This document shows, in pieces, positions 7,720 to 19,581 of a stretch of DNA of 64,000 bases (positions are counted from its first letter, which is position 1; every line of letters starts with the position of its first letter). The notes under the pieces are model-generated. The model was given only the letters and a program-made list of their open reading frames with translations. It was not told the DNA's origin and did no database searches. Both the position numbers and the translations under genes were made by a program. The DNA is from Bradymonadia bacterium (GTDB lineage: Bacteria; Myxococcota_A; Bradymonadia; UBA7976; UBA1532), in NCBI GenBank assembly GCA_046290225.1, contig JBKAGE010000038.1, positions 1 to 64,000 of the forward strand, read 5' to 3'.

Positions 7720-9444
7720 TCAGCGCTCCAGTGAGGTGTCGATCAAAGTGTTGAAGTGGGCCGCGTCGGCAGCAGTGATGGTGTGCTCTGCCCCAGGGGG
7801 CACCTCAGTGGTGACCCGGGCACCAGCGACCTGCAGGGCGGCGACGGTCTCATCGAAGGCGGCCTGAGGGATCCAGCTGTCTTCGGCGCTCTTGCCCATA
7901 TAGACCGGCACCCCAGCAAGCTGCCCGAAGTCCCCCTCTACCGGGATGGACGCCCCGGAGAATGCCGCCACGGCCCCTGGCCGATGCGGGCGGCTCTTCA
8001 GCCACCCCAACAGCAGGCACGCCCCCTGCGAGAAACCCACAAGGGTGATGTCCTCGGCCCGGTGATGCGATCTGGCTTTGGCCCATGCAGCGTCCAGCGC
8101 AGCGAGGGCGCTCGAGAGATGGGGCTCGTTCTCCGTGGGAGGCACCAGAAAGCCCTTCGGATACCAGCTGCGGGCCGCTGCTTGGGGGGCCAGAATGCTC
8201 AGCCCGTCTTCGTGATCCACGATGCCCATGATGCGTCGAGTCATGGCCTCGGCGTCGCTCCCTCGACCATGGACCGCGATCACCACCTGCTCTGCAGACT
8301 CGATCTCGGCCCCGAGGGTGCTGGCGTACAGCCCCGAGTGGGGTCCGGTGATGCTCGGCAACGCCACCTGCTTCGGCGACCAGCTCGGGCGTCGACCCAG
8401 CCAGGCGTCGGCGAGCAGGGCCTTGAGGCTGTCGGCGTCGAGAGGGCGCGGGTTGGGATACTGCTTCGAGAGCGCCCGCTCCATCAGGACCTCGAGTTGG
8501 TCCCAGGTCACCCCGAGGGTCTTCAAGTCAGCGGGCAGGTCCGCTGACTTGAGCACGTCGAAGAGAGCACCAGGGACATCCTCCACCCCCGTGAGTTGTT
8601 GCAGCGCGACGACTGCCTCGGGGGCGCCGGGCCCGTTGAAGGCCAGCGAGTATGGCAAGAGCGCAGCGTGGGTGGGGGCGTGGGGCAGCCCGAGGCCGCC
8701 GAGCACATGGGCCAGCTTGTGATGCAGGGCCATGCTCGCCCCGCTGAGGGCAACCCCAGCGAGCCCTGCCCCAGCGAGGGCAGAGGCCCGCGCATCGAGA
8801 TCATGGGGCAACCCTGGCAGAGTCTCGAGGGCCTGCATGATGAGGGGCACGCTCTTCCGTGCAGCCTCCTCAGCCTCTGGGGTGCGCTCCACGGCATAGA
8901 GGGCTTCGACGCTGTGGCTCAGGGCGTTAAGCAGGCTCTGCAGGGTCATGGGCAGAGGCAGGCCCACAGAAAGCTCGGGGTCGTACGCCACGATGCTGGG
9001 GCGCACCTTCGAGTCACGGCCGGTGGTCTTCTTGCCGTCTGCCGAGAGGCCCCAGATGTCAGTGCGCTCAGAGCCTGCGTAGGTCGTGGGGACCGCGGCG
9101 ATCTTCACCTCGCGGTTCAACGCCACGGCCTTGGCGATGCCTACGCAGGTACCACCACCGTGGGCCACCACCCAGTCCACCTCATGGGCATCGGCGAATG
9201 CTGTGGCAGCGTCGGCGATCTCCACAGGGACCTGAGGTCGCTCAGTGGTGAACACTCCCACGGCGCGCTCGCCCAGGGCCTCGGCGAGTCGATCAGCGCC
9301 GTCGCGGTGTCGCGCCATGGCCACCAGCATTACACGTTGGGCCCCTTCTCCGGCGAGGGCCTTCGCCAGCGCACCTTCGGCGCCGGCGCCGGTGATGACC
9401 GTGACGCCGTGCTGGTTTTCAGTCGAAATCGAGCGGGTCGACAT
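7720..9444 (-). CDS. Fusion: maleylacetate reductase-like (Fe-ADH family) + phospholipase/carboxylesterase-type alpha/beta hydrolase
   Basis: N-part has GGGTCVGIAKA, VPTTYAGSE, NALSHSVEALY, LHHKLAHVLGG, HAPTH, YPNPR. C-part has HGRG, LAPQA..SWYP, GFSQGA, D-SWIP and AEHTI (Ser-Asp-His triad). Confidence 0.88.
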   Translation of the reverse strand: MSTRSISTENQHGVTVITGAGAEGALAKALAGEGAQRVMLVAMARHRDGADRLAEALGERAVGVFTTERPQVPVEIADAATAFADAHEVDWVVAHGGGTCVGIAKAVALNREVKIAAVPTTYAGSERTDIWGLSADGKKTTGRDSKVRPSIVAYDPELSVGLPLPMTLQSLLNALSHSVEALYAVERTPEAEEAARKSVPLIMQALETLPGLPHDLDARASALAGAGLAGVALSGASMALHHKLAHVLGGLGLPHAPTHAALLPYSLAFNGPGAPEAVVALQQLTGVEDVPGALFDVLKSADLPADLKTLGVTWDQLEVLMERALSKQYPNPRPLDADSLKALLADAWLGRRPSWSPKQVALPSITGPHSGLYASTLGAEIESAEQVVIAVHGRGSDAEAMTRRIMGIVDHEDGLSILAPQAAARSWYPKGFLVPPTENEPHLSSALAALDAAWAKARSHHRAEDITLVGFSQGACLLLGWLKSRPHRPGAVAAFSGASIPVEGDFGQLAGVPVYMGKSAEDSWIPQAAFDETVAALQVAGARVTTEVPPGAEHTITAADAAHFNTLIDTSLER

Positions 9445-9549
9445 CAGCCTCTACTCCGTGTCTTCGGGATGGCATCAACCTACCCGCGCAGAGAGGCAAT
9501 GAGTAGAGGAGCAGAGGCAACATCATCTTGCATTTGTGCAAGACAGCTC

Positions 9550-10437
9550 TCAGCTCAGCACGCCTGTCGACACGTAGCGGTCGCCGCGATCACAGACGAT
9601 GGTGACGATGACCGCGTCGCTCAGCTCCTCGGAGAGCTTCACCGCGGCGGCCATGGCCCCCCCAGCGCTGATGCCACAGAACACGCCCTCTTCACGGGCC
9701 ATGCGCCGGGCCATCTCCTCGGCCTCGGGCTGGTTGATGTCGATGATGCGATCCACCCGCTCGGGCTCGTGGATCGCCGGGCGGTAAGCCTCAGGCCAGC
9801 GGCGGATTCCGGGGATCCGGGCACCGTCACTGGGCTGCACACCGATGATTTGGATGTCGGGGTTCTGCTCTTTGAAATATCGGGAGCAGCCCATGATGGT
9901 GCCCGTGGTGCCCATGGAGCTCACGAAGTGGGTGATCTTGCCAGCGGTGTCTCGCCAGATCTCGGGGCCAGTGGTCTCGTAGTGGGCTCGGGGGTTGTCG
10001 GGGTTGGCGAACTGGTTGAGCACCCGGCCCTTGCCATCGGCCTGCATCTGCAGGGCGAGATCCCGGGCGCCCTCCATGCCCTGGTCCGGGCCCACCAGAA
10101 TCAACTCGGCCCCATAGGCCCGCATGGTGGCTCGCCGCTCGGCGCTGCCGCTCTCGGGCATGATGAGGGTCATCTTGTAGCCCTTGGCGGCGGCCACCAT
10201 GGCCAGGGCGATGCCGGTGTTGCCGCTGGTGGCCTCGATGAGGGTGTCTCCCGGGGCGATCTCTCCCCGCTCTTCTGCCCGAGTGATCATGCTCAGGGCT
10301 GGCCGATCCTTCACCGAGCCTGCGGGATTGTTGCCCTCGAGCTTGCCCAGGATGGTGTTCGAGGTGTCTCCGGGGATGCGCTGAAATCGCACCAGGGGGG
10401 TGTTGCCGACGAGCTGATCAAGGGTTTTGACGTTCAT
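9550..10437 (-). CDS. cysM: Cysteine synthase B
   Basis: KLEGNNPAGSVKDR (PLP Lys), EATSGNTG, SSMGTTGT, IPGIRRWP, CDRGDRY. Confidence 0.95.
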   Translation of the reverse strand: MNVKTLDQLVGNTPLVRFQRIPGDTSNTILGKLEGNNPAGSVKDRPALSMITRAEERGEIAPGDTLIEATSGNTGIALAMVAAAKGYKMTLIMPESGSAERRATMRAYGAELILVGPDQGMEGARDLALQMQADGKGRVLNQFANPDNPRAHYETTGPEIWRDTAGKITHFVSSMGTTGTIMGCSRYFKEQNPDIQIIGVQPSDGARIPGIRRWPEAYRPAIHEPERVDRIIDINQPEAEEMARRMAREEGVFCGISAGGAMAAAVKLSEELSDAVIVTIVCDRGDRYVSTGVLS

Positions 10438-10567
10438 GGGCCTGCTGTCGTTGGGGGTTGAGTCCGCGATGTGTCGGGGCGCATCTGTGAAGAGCTCTCC
10501 GAGGCATCATCCATGTGACATGATGCCGGCGACGACACAAGGTGACACAAATCTGAAGGAGTCACAG

Positions 10568-10996
10568 ATGAACGCCAGGATCACACTCATCGACGGGGTG
10601 GCCTTCAACGGCGAGGCCAGCTCGGGGCACTCGGTGGTGATGGACGGTGCCCCAGATCCCGATAACCCCGCATGGAGTGGCCAGAACCGCGGCGCCCGCC
10701 CCATGGAGCTGTTGCTCCTGGGCCTCGGCGGCTGCACGGCCTACGACGTGGTGACGATCTTGCGCAAGGGGCGTCACACGGTGGACGACTGCCAAGTGGA
10801 GATCGAAGCCACCCGAGCGGAGACCCCGCCGAAGGTGTTCACCCGCATCCACATCATCTACCGCGTAAAAGGCCAGGGCCTGCCCCTCAAGGCGGTGGAG
10901 CGGGCGGTGAAGCTCTCGGAAGAGAAGTACTGCTCGGCGTCGATCATGCTCGGCAAGACCGCCGAGATGACCCACGAGGTGGTGCTCGTCGATTGA
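10568..10996 (+). CDS. OsmC/YhfA family protein
   Basis: RPMELLLLGLGGCTAYDV and EKYCSAS motifs. RBS aaggag before ATG 10568. Confidence 0.92.
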   Translation: MNARITLIDGVAFNGEASSGHSVVMDGAPDPDNPAWSGQNRGARPMELLLLGLGGCTAYDVVTILRKGRHTVDDCQVEIEATRAETPPKVFTRIHIIYRVKGQGLPLKAVERAVKLSEEKYCSASIMLGKTAEMTHEVVLVD

Positions 10997-11032
10997 GCGT
11001 CCGGCTTCATTCAGAAAAAAATCCACCCACCC

Positions 11033-11058
11033 TGTAACGCTTCGGAACAGCCCTCGTA
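11033..11058 (+). promoter_or_regulatory. ECF sigma-type promoter TGTAAC-N16-CGTA
   Basis: tgtaac at 11033-11038, 16-nt spacer, cgta at 11055-11058, with an A-tract upstream. Confidence 0.55.
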
Positions 11059-11064
11059 TGAACC

Positions 11065-11231
11065 AGTGCAACGCGGCGATGGGTGCCTCCCCCCCAAACC
11101 GCGTCGCGAGATCTCTCCCTCAGCGATCTCAGCCTCTGTGGCGCCGTACGCTCCTTCGGCTTCTCCGAACGACCCGCATCGGAAACCGCTCTTCTCCCAT
11201 TCGATGGTGTGTACGGCGCCACAACTTTTCT
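11065..11231 (+). ncRNA. Candidate structured sRNA or 5' leader with CU-rich loops
   Basis: Follows the ECF-type promoter. Hairpins acgcgg/ccgcgt and gagatc/gatctc, a perfect 13-bp stem 11137-11149/11211-11223 followed by acttttct, and repeated ctcc motifs in loops. Confidence 0.5.
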
Positions 11232-11327
11232 GCCCTTTGGGCAAACCCCTGCACTTCTCTGCTCCGCCTTCCGCTGAGATTCTCGGTGAAGCTCAGATGT
11301 CGTTCTGTCTGAGCAAGGGGGGCAGGC

Positions 11328-12161
11328 ATGATGAGTTGTTTCTACAAAGCGCGCCGGGCGCTTTTGCTCACCACGTCTTTCTGGATGTGTGTCAGTGACA
11401 GCGCAGGCTACAGCCCACCCATCCCTGAACTCTACGTCCACCCCACCTCCGTCCTGACCCGAGAAACGCCCACAGGCATGGCGCAGACACATGCCGTCAC
11501 CATCGAAAATATCGGCAGCGCGCCTGCTTTTCTCGGTCACATCACTGCAGAGGTCGGGTCGAGTGAATTCAAAATCGGGTGGTCTGGCCCCTCAGGACAG
11601 ACCCACATCGCTGTGCCTGGCATCAACCGACTTCCGTGGCGTCTCTTGTTGGAACCTCGTGAGCGCATCACTCTCATCGTTCGCTTCACCCCACGTGATG
11701 GCCAGTATGTCGGTGGTGTACTTAAGCTCAGCTCCAATGCGCCCTCTCAACATGAACTTGTCATCCCCATTGAGCTCGTACGTCCTGAGCCCAAGCTACA
11801 GATGTCCCACGCTCAACTGCCTTTCGGGCAAGTCTCTACATCAGACAAGAAGCAGCTGACTGCGCGCATCTCCAACAATGGCAACGCGCCTTTGAGTATT
11901 TTCAACGTCACCATCTGGCCCCCTACACCCGAGTTCACCCCATTCATCAATGGCTACGATCCTCGTGTGAAAACGGGCGTCCTCACCGATCCCGACGGAG
12001 ATGGTGAGCCAGGCATCGCCCCTGGCTCCGCCATCGACCTCGTGTTGGAATATGACCCCTTCACCGCGGGTGCTGATGTAGCTGAGCTCAGCTTCTACAC
12101 CAATGACCCGCTCCGACCTGTTCACCTCGTGACCCTGAGCGGAGAAGGCGTAGAGCCCTGA
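11328..12161 (+). CDS. Two-Ig-domain (ASH/choice-of-anchor D-like) protein, truncated paralog of the downstream gene
   Basis: Shares FTPFIxGxDPR and LTDPDGDGExGIAPG with 12259..14496. Lower GC than its neighbour. Confidence 0.75.
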   Translation: MMSCFYKARRALLLTTSFWMCVSDSAGYSPPIPELYVHPTSVLTRETPTGMAQTHAVTIENIGSAPAFLGHITAEVGSSEFKIGWSGPSGQTHIAVPGINRLPWRLLLEPRERITLIVRFTPRDGQYVGGVLKLSSNAPSQHELVIPIELVRPEPKLQMSHAQLPFGQVSTSDKKQLTARISNNGNAPLSIFNVTIWPPTPEFTPFINGYDPRVKTGVLTDPDGDGEPGIAPGSAIDLVLEYDPFTAGADVAELSFYTNDPLRPVHLVTLSGEGVEP

Positions 12162-12258
12162 GTTGAGAACCACCACTTTCATCCATGTAGGTTCTCGGAG
12201 TAGACTGCCCCGGTTTGATATCCGAGTAGGCGAGACCTGAATGCCAAGGAGCTGTCAC

Positions 12259-14496
12259 ATGCAGCACACCTTCCGCCGCCCGTTCTGGGCACTTGTGTTG
12301 GTTTTAATGGCCCCCTTGGGGATGTGGGGCTGTGACGACGGCGACGGAGGCCTCGGCACGACCAACACGCCCGAGTTGCTCCTCGACCCTGGCAGCGTGA
12401 CTCTGCCCCGGGCGGCCATCAACACCACTGTCACCCGCACGGTGACCGTGGAGAACGTCGGCCGGGCGCCGGCCACCCTCATCAACATCACCGCAGAGTT
12501 CAGCTCCAACGAGTTCGAGCTGACCTGGGTCGACGCCAATGGCAACGACCAGGCGGGCATCGCTGCAGACGGGACCAACAGCTTCCCCGACAGCATCGAG
12601 ATCCCTGCCCAGGGCAGCATCGAGTTCGTCGTGGTCTACACCCCCCAGGATGAGGGTGACGACCAGGGCTCGATCCGAGCCAGCTCCAACGCCCCCAACC
12701 TGCTCGACGTGGTCATCCCCATCGCCTCGAGCGATGCCCGGGCCGAGATCAGCGTGAGCCCTGGCACCCTCGACTTCGAGCGTGTGCCTGCTCTCCAGAC
12801 CGGGCGTCTGAACGCCACCATCACCAACATCGGGCAGATCCCTCTGAAGATCTCCAGCATCACCATCAACGGCAGCCAGGACTTCACCCCCTTCATCGAC
12901 GGCCGTGATCCCCGCCGTGACGCCGACATCCTCACCGATCCCGATGGGGACGGCGAGGCTGGCATCGCCCCCGGTGGCAGCGTCGACGTCGAGGTGGTGT
13001 ACGCCCCCCCTGTGGAGGGCCCCGATGTCGGTGAGATGATCATCCTCAGCAACGACATCGTGCGCTCTGCCGTGTCAGTGAACCTCACCGCCAACGGCTC
13101 CACCTCCTGCCTCGACGTCATCCCCGAGGCACTGGAGTTCCCCACCAGCCTCGTGAACCGCACCGATACCCGGTCGCTCACCCTCGAGAGCTGCGGCACC
13201 ACCGCCCTGGAGTTCACCAGCATCCGTCTGTCGGACGACAGCGATCCTGCCTTCGAGCTCGACGTGGAGAGCGTGGCTGAGAACATCGGCGAGCTGCCCG
13301 GCGCCACCCTCCCCGCCGTGGGGCCCAACGGTGAGCGCGCTGCCCGCACCATCCGGGTGAACTTCGCCCCCATCGAGGAGCGCATCTACAACGGCACCCT
13401 GCTCATCGAGACCACCGATCCGGTGACCCCCATCCGCGAGGTGAGCATCCTCGGCCGCGGCCTCACCAACGCCTGCCCCGAGGCACGGCCCCTGGTGAAC
13501 GAGTTCTTCGTGAACCCCCTCGACACCGTGGTGCTCGACGGCTCGCCCAGCATCGACGTCGACGGCCCGGGCAACAAGCCCGTGCAGTACAACTGGCGCC
13601 CGGTGAGCTTCCCCCCCGGACCTTCACCGGTCATCCACGAGAACTTCATCGATCGCACCCAGCCTGATCTCGGCGGTCCCCCGGACGACACCACGACGCC
13701 TCAGGCGGTGTTCTGGGTGAACACCGTGGGCACCTACACCTTCTTGCTCGACGTGGTGGACGACCAGGGCGTGACCTCCGAGCAGTGCCGCACCTCGGCC
13801 CTGGTCCAGGTCATCGCCATTCCCCCAGATGATCTGCTCTTCGAGCTGACCTGGGAGACCGAGAACGACATCGATCCCACTGATCGCGAAGGCAGCGACA
13901 TGGATCTCCACCTGCTGCACCCCGAGGGCGCCTTCCCGGGCTCCCCCTACCAGTGGGGCAGCCTGAACGACATCCACTACCTGAACCTGACCTCCGACTG
14001 GGGGACCCCCAACGATCCCTCGGACAACCCCTTCCTCGATCTCGACGACGATGATGGGGCCGGCCCGGAGCGCATCCGCCTCAACAGCCCTCAGCTCACC
14101 GACGAGGTGGGCGCCGAGTACGTGGTGGGCGTGCACTACTTCAACGACATGGACATGATCACTGGCACCCCCTATGGCCCCAGCGAGGCCCGCCTGCGCA
14201 TCTTCATCAAGGGTGAGCTGGCCTGGGACAACGGTGGTCAGCTCAAGACCATCGAGCGTCGGTGCGAGATGTGGGAAGCAGCCTCTGTGGCCTGGTACGG
14301 CAGCAGCGGCGAGGTGACCACCATCGATACCATGAGCCGTTGGGCGCCGCCTCTGGGCAACCTGGATTGTGATGCGCCCTTGCCTGATCCGGAGCCCGAT
14401 CCCGACCCAGAGCCAGATCCTGACCCGGAGCCCGATCCCGAGCCGGAGCCTGAGCCGGACCCGGAGCCCGAGCCGGAGCCCGAGCCTGAGCCCTGA
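12259..14496 (+). CDS. Surface lipoprotein: three ASH/Ig-like domains, PKD-like domain, YfaP/DUF2135-like domain, (P[D/E])18 tail
   Basis: Lipobox MWG-C, repeated TxxNxG..L...F.P motifs, VVLDGSPSID, ELTW...DMDLHLLHP...LDLDD..G.GPE. Confidence 0.85.
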   Translation: MQHTFRRPFWALVLVLMAPLGMWGCDDGDGGLGTTNTPELLLDPGSVTLPRAAINTTVTRTVTVENVGRAPATLINITAEFSSNEFELTWVDANGNDQAGIAADGTNSFPDSIEIPAQGSIEFVVVYTPQDEGDDQGSIRASSNAPNLLDVVIPIASSDARAEISVSPGTLDFERVPALQTGRLNATITNIGQIPLKISSITINGSQDFTPFIDGRDPRRDADILTDPDGDGEAGIAPGGSVDVEVVYAPPVEGPDVGEMIILSNDIVRSAVSVNLTANGSTSCLDVIPEALEFPTSLVNRTDTRSLTLESCGTTALEFTSIRLSDDSDPAFELDVESVAENIGELPGATLPAVGPNGERAARTIRVNFAPIEERIYNGTLLIETTDPVTPIREVSILGRGLTNACPEARPLVNEFFVNPLDTVVLDGSPSIDVDGPGNKPVQYNWRPVSFPPGPSPVIHENFIDRTQPDLGGPPDDTTTPQAVFWVNTVGTYTFLLDVVDDQGVTSEQCRTSALVQVIAIPPDDLLFELTWETENDIDPTDREGSDMDLHLLHPEGAFPGSPYQWGSLNDIHYLNLTSDWGTPNDPSDNPFLDLDDDDGAGPERIRLNSPQLTDEVGAEYVVGVHYFNDMDMITGTPYGPSEARLRIFIKGELAWDNGGQLKTIERRCEMWEAASVAWYGSSGEVTTIDTMSRWAPPLGNLDCDAPLPDPEPDPDPEPDPDPEPDPEPEPEPDPEPEPEPEPEP
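14383..14493 (+). repeat. Hexanucleotide coding repeat CCNGA[C/T/G] x18 encoding (Pro-Asp/Glu)18-Pro
   Basis: Read directly. Synonymous codons vary between units. Confidence 0.95.
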
Positions 14497-14534
14497 TCGA
14501 CCAGCCCCGCCTCACCGCCCGTTCGGGCAACCCT

Positions 14535-18098
<3,564 letters not shown>

Positions 18099-18321
18099 GT
18101 GTGGGGCGTGGCTCCTGATGGTCGACCCTCAAAGCCCCAAGTCATGGCATGACTGCAACCAGATGGCCAGGGTTTCGAGACCATCTGTTGGCACAGGTGC
18201 ATCTTTGAGGGGTTTTTGAGGCCTCTGCCGAGCCACGACCCCGCACAGCCGGCCTGTACCCCTTGCCTGTCTCACAGTCCGCGATATGCTTCGATCTATG
18301 CCTCGACATAGAACGTACTCA

Positions 18322-19545
18322 ATGCACACCTACCGATACATGCACATCGCGGCACTCTCGCTGGCCCTCTGTGGTTGCAGTGACGATCTCGGCGCCGAAG
18401 CAGAGCCTGGCGGCAATGATGGCGCGGTGGCTGCTGATGTCTCCGTCCCCCGCTTGCCCGATGCAGGGACCGACGCCAACACAGCTGAGCGAGATGCATT
18501 TACCCAGCCAGACATGACTGATGCTGATGTCACTGGACGTGACGGCAGTCTCAGTGATGGTGCCTTCGGCGATGCTCAGTTCGAAGATGGGGCCGTGGGC
18601 GAAGATGGTGCAGTCATCGAGGACGCCTCAGTGGGCGAAGATGGCGCCATTGAGCCACCTGAGGACATGGGCGCCTCTGATGCGAACGTCGGTCAGGGGC
18701 CCGTCATGATCCTTGCCGGTGACAGCTGGTCCACGGGGCTGGTACAGCCCACCGAAGAGGCCCTCGCAGCCCGTGGACTCGGCGACGTGACCGTGCGCTG
18801 GAACCTCACGGCGAATGCAGGCTCCCAAGCTCGGGGCTGGGTGGACAATGAGCATCCCCCGGCCTTTGGTGGGGGCCGGGACATGACCCGTCCACGCATG
18901 ATTGACGGCCTGTTGATCGCCCTCGACACCGCCCCTCGGGCCGATGTGCTGGTGCTCTCACTGAGCGGCAACGACTTCAACCGGCTGTGCTCGGACGGCT
19001 GGGGGGAGTGGCCTGGTCAATTGCAGGACAGGGCCCTCGACGAGGTAGAGGATGATCTCGCCGAGGTGGTGCGGTTCGCCATCCAGGGCCGGCCTCATCT
19101 GCGTGTCGTGCTCTTTGGCTACGACTATTTCCATTTCGAAGGGCTGGTGGCGTTGGGCATGTCTCTCGACGGTCTGAACACGCGCACCTACAACGAGGCC
19201 CTCGTGGAGCTGGGCCGTCGCCAACGCGCCGTCGCCGATGCCCTGGGGCCTCAGGTGGTCTACGCCCACAACTATGGGTGGCTGCAGCATGTCTTCGGTG
19301 ACACCATCCACCCACCATTCTCGATCCCCAACCCCCTCACGGGCTACCCAGAGTACGGCCCTGGCGCCGCCCCAGCGCCTGGGCAATGGCCCGCCTACAC
19401 CCCCTACCCTGGCGGTCTGCTCAGCTACCCGGCGCCGCTGGAGCGCATGCCCGATGGCATCCACCCCGACGCCCTGGGGTTCCGGTCCCTCATGGATCAT
19501 GTCCTCGATCAGGTACTCGAAAACTGGCTACTCGAGGCCCGGTGA
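18322..19545 (+). CDS. SGNH/GDSL hydrolase lipoprotein
   Basis: Lipobox LCG-C, Asp-rich linker, blocks GDSWS, SGND and DGIHP. Start uncertain (18286-18340). Confidence 0.85.
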   Translation: MHTYRYMHIAALSLALCGCSDDLGAEAEPGGNDGAVAADVSVPRLPDAGTDANTAERDAFTQPDMTDADVTGRDGSLSDGAFGDAQFEDGAVGEDGAVIEDASVGEDGAIEPPEDMGASDANVGQGPVMILAGDSWSTGLVQPTEEALAARGLGDVTVRWNLTANAGSQARGWVDNEHPPAFGGGRDMTRPRMIDGLLIALDTAPRADVLVLSLSGNDFNRLCSDGWGEWPGQLQDRALDEVEDDLAEVVRFAIQGRPHLRVVLFGYDYFHFEGLVALGMSLDGLNTRTYNEALVELGRRQRAVADALGPQVVYAHNYGWLQHVFGDTIHPPFSIPNPLTGYPEYGPGAAPAPGQWPAYTPYPGGLLSYPAPLERMPDGIHPDALGFRSLMDHVLDQVLENWLLEAR

Positions 19546-19581
19546 CGCCCTTCAAATCGAGATCCCTCAGGGTGGAGCCCA

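Noticed and set aside
11007..11540. Overlapping small ORFs in the 11.0-11.3 kb intergenic region
   Set aside because: No RBS or codon-bias support and no motifs. The region is better explained as promoter plus structured RNA.
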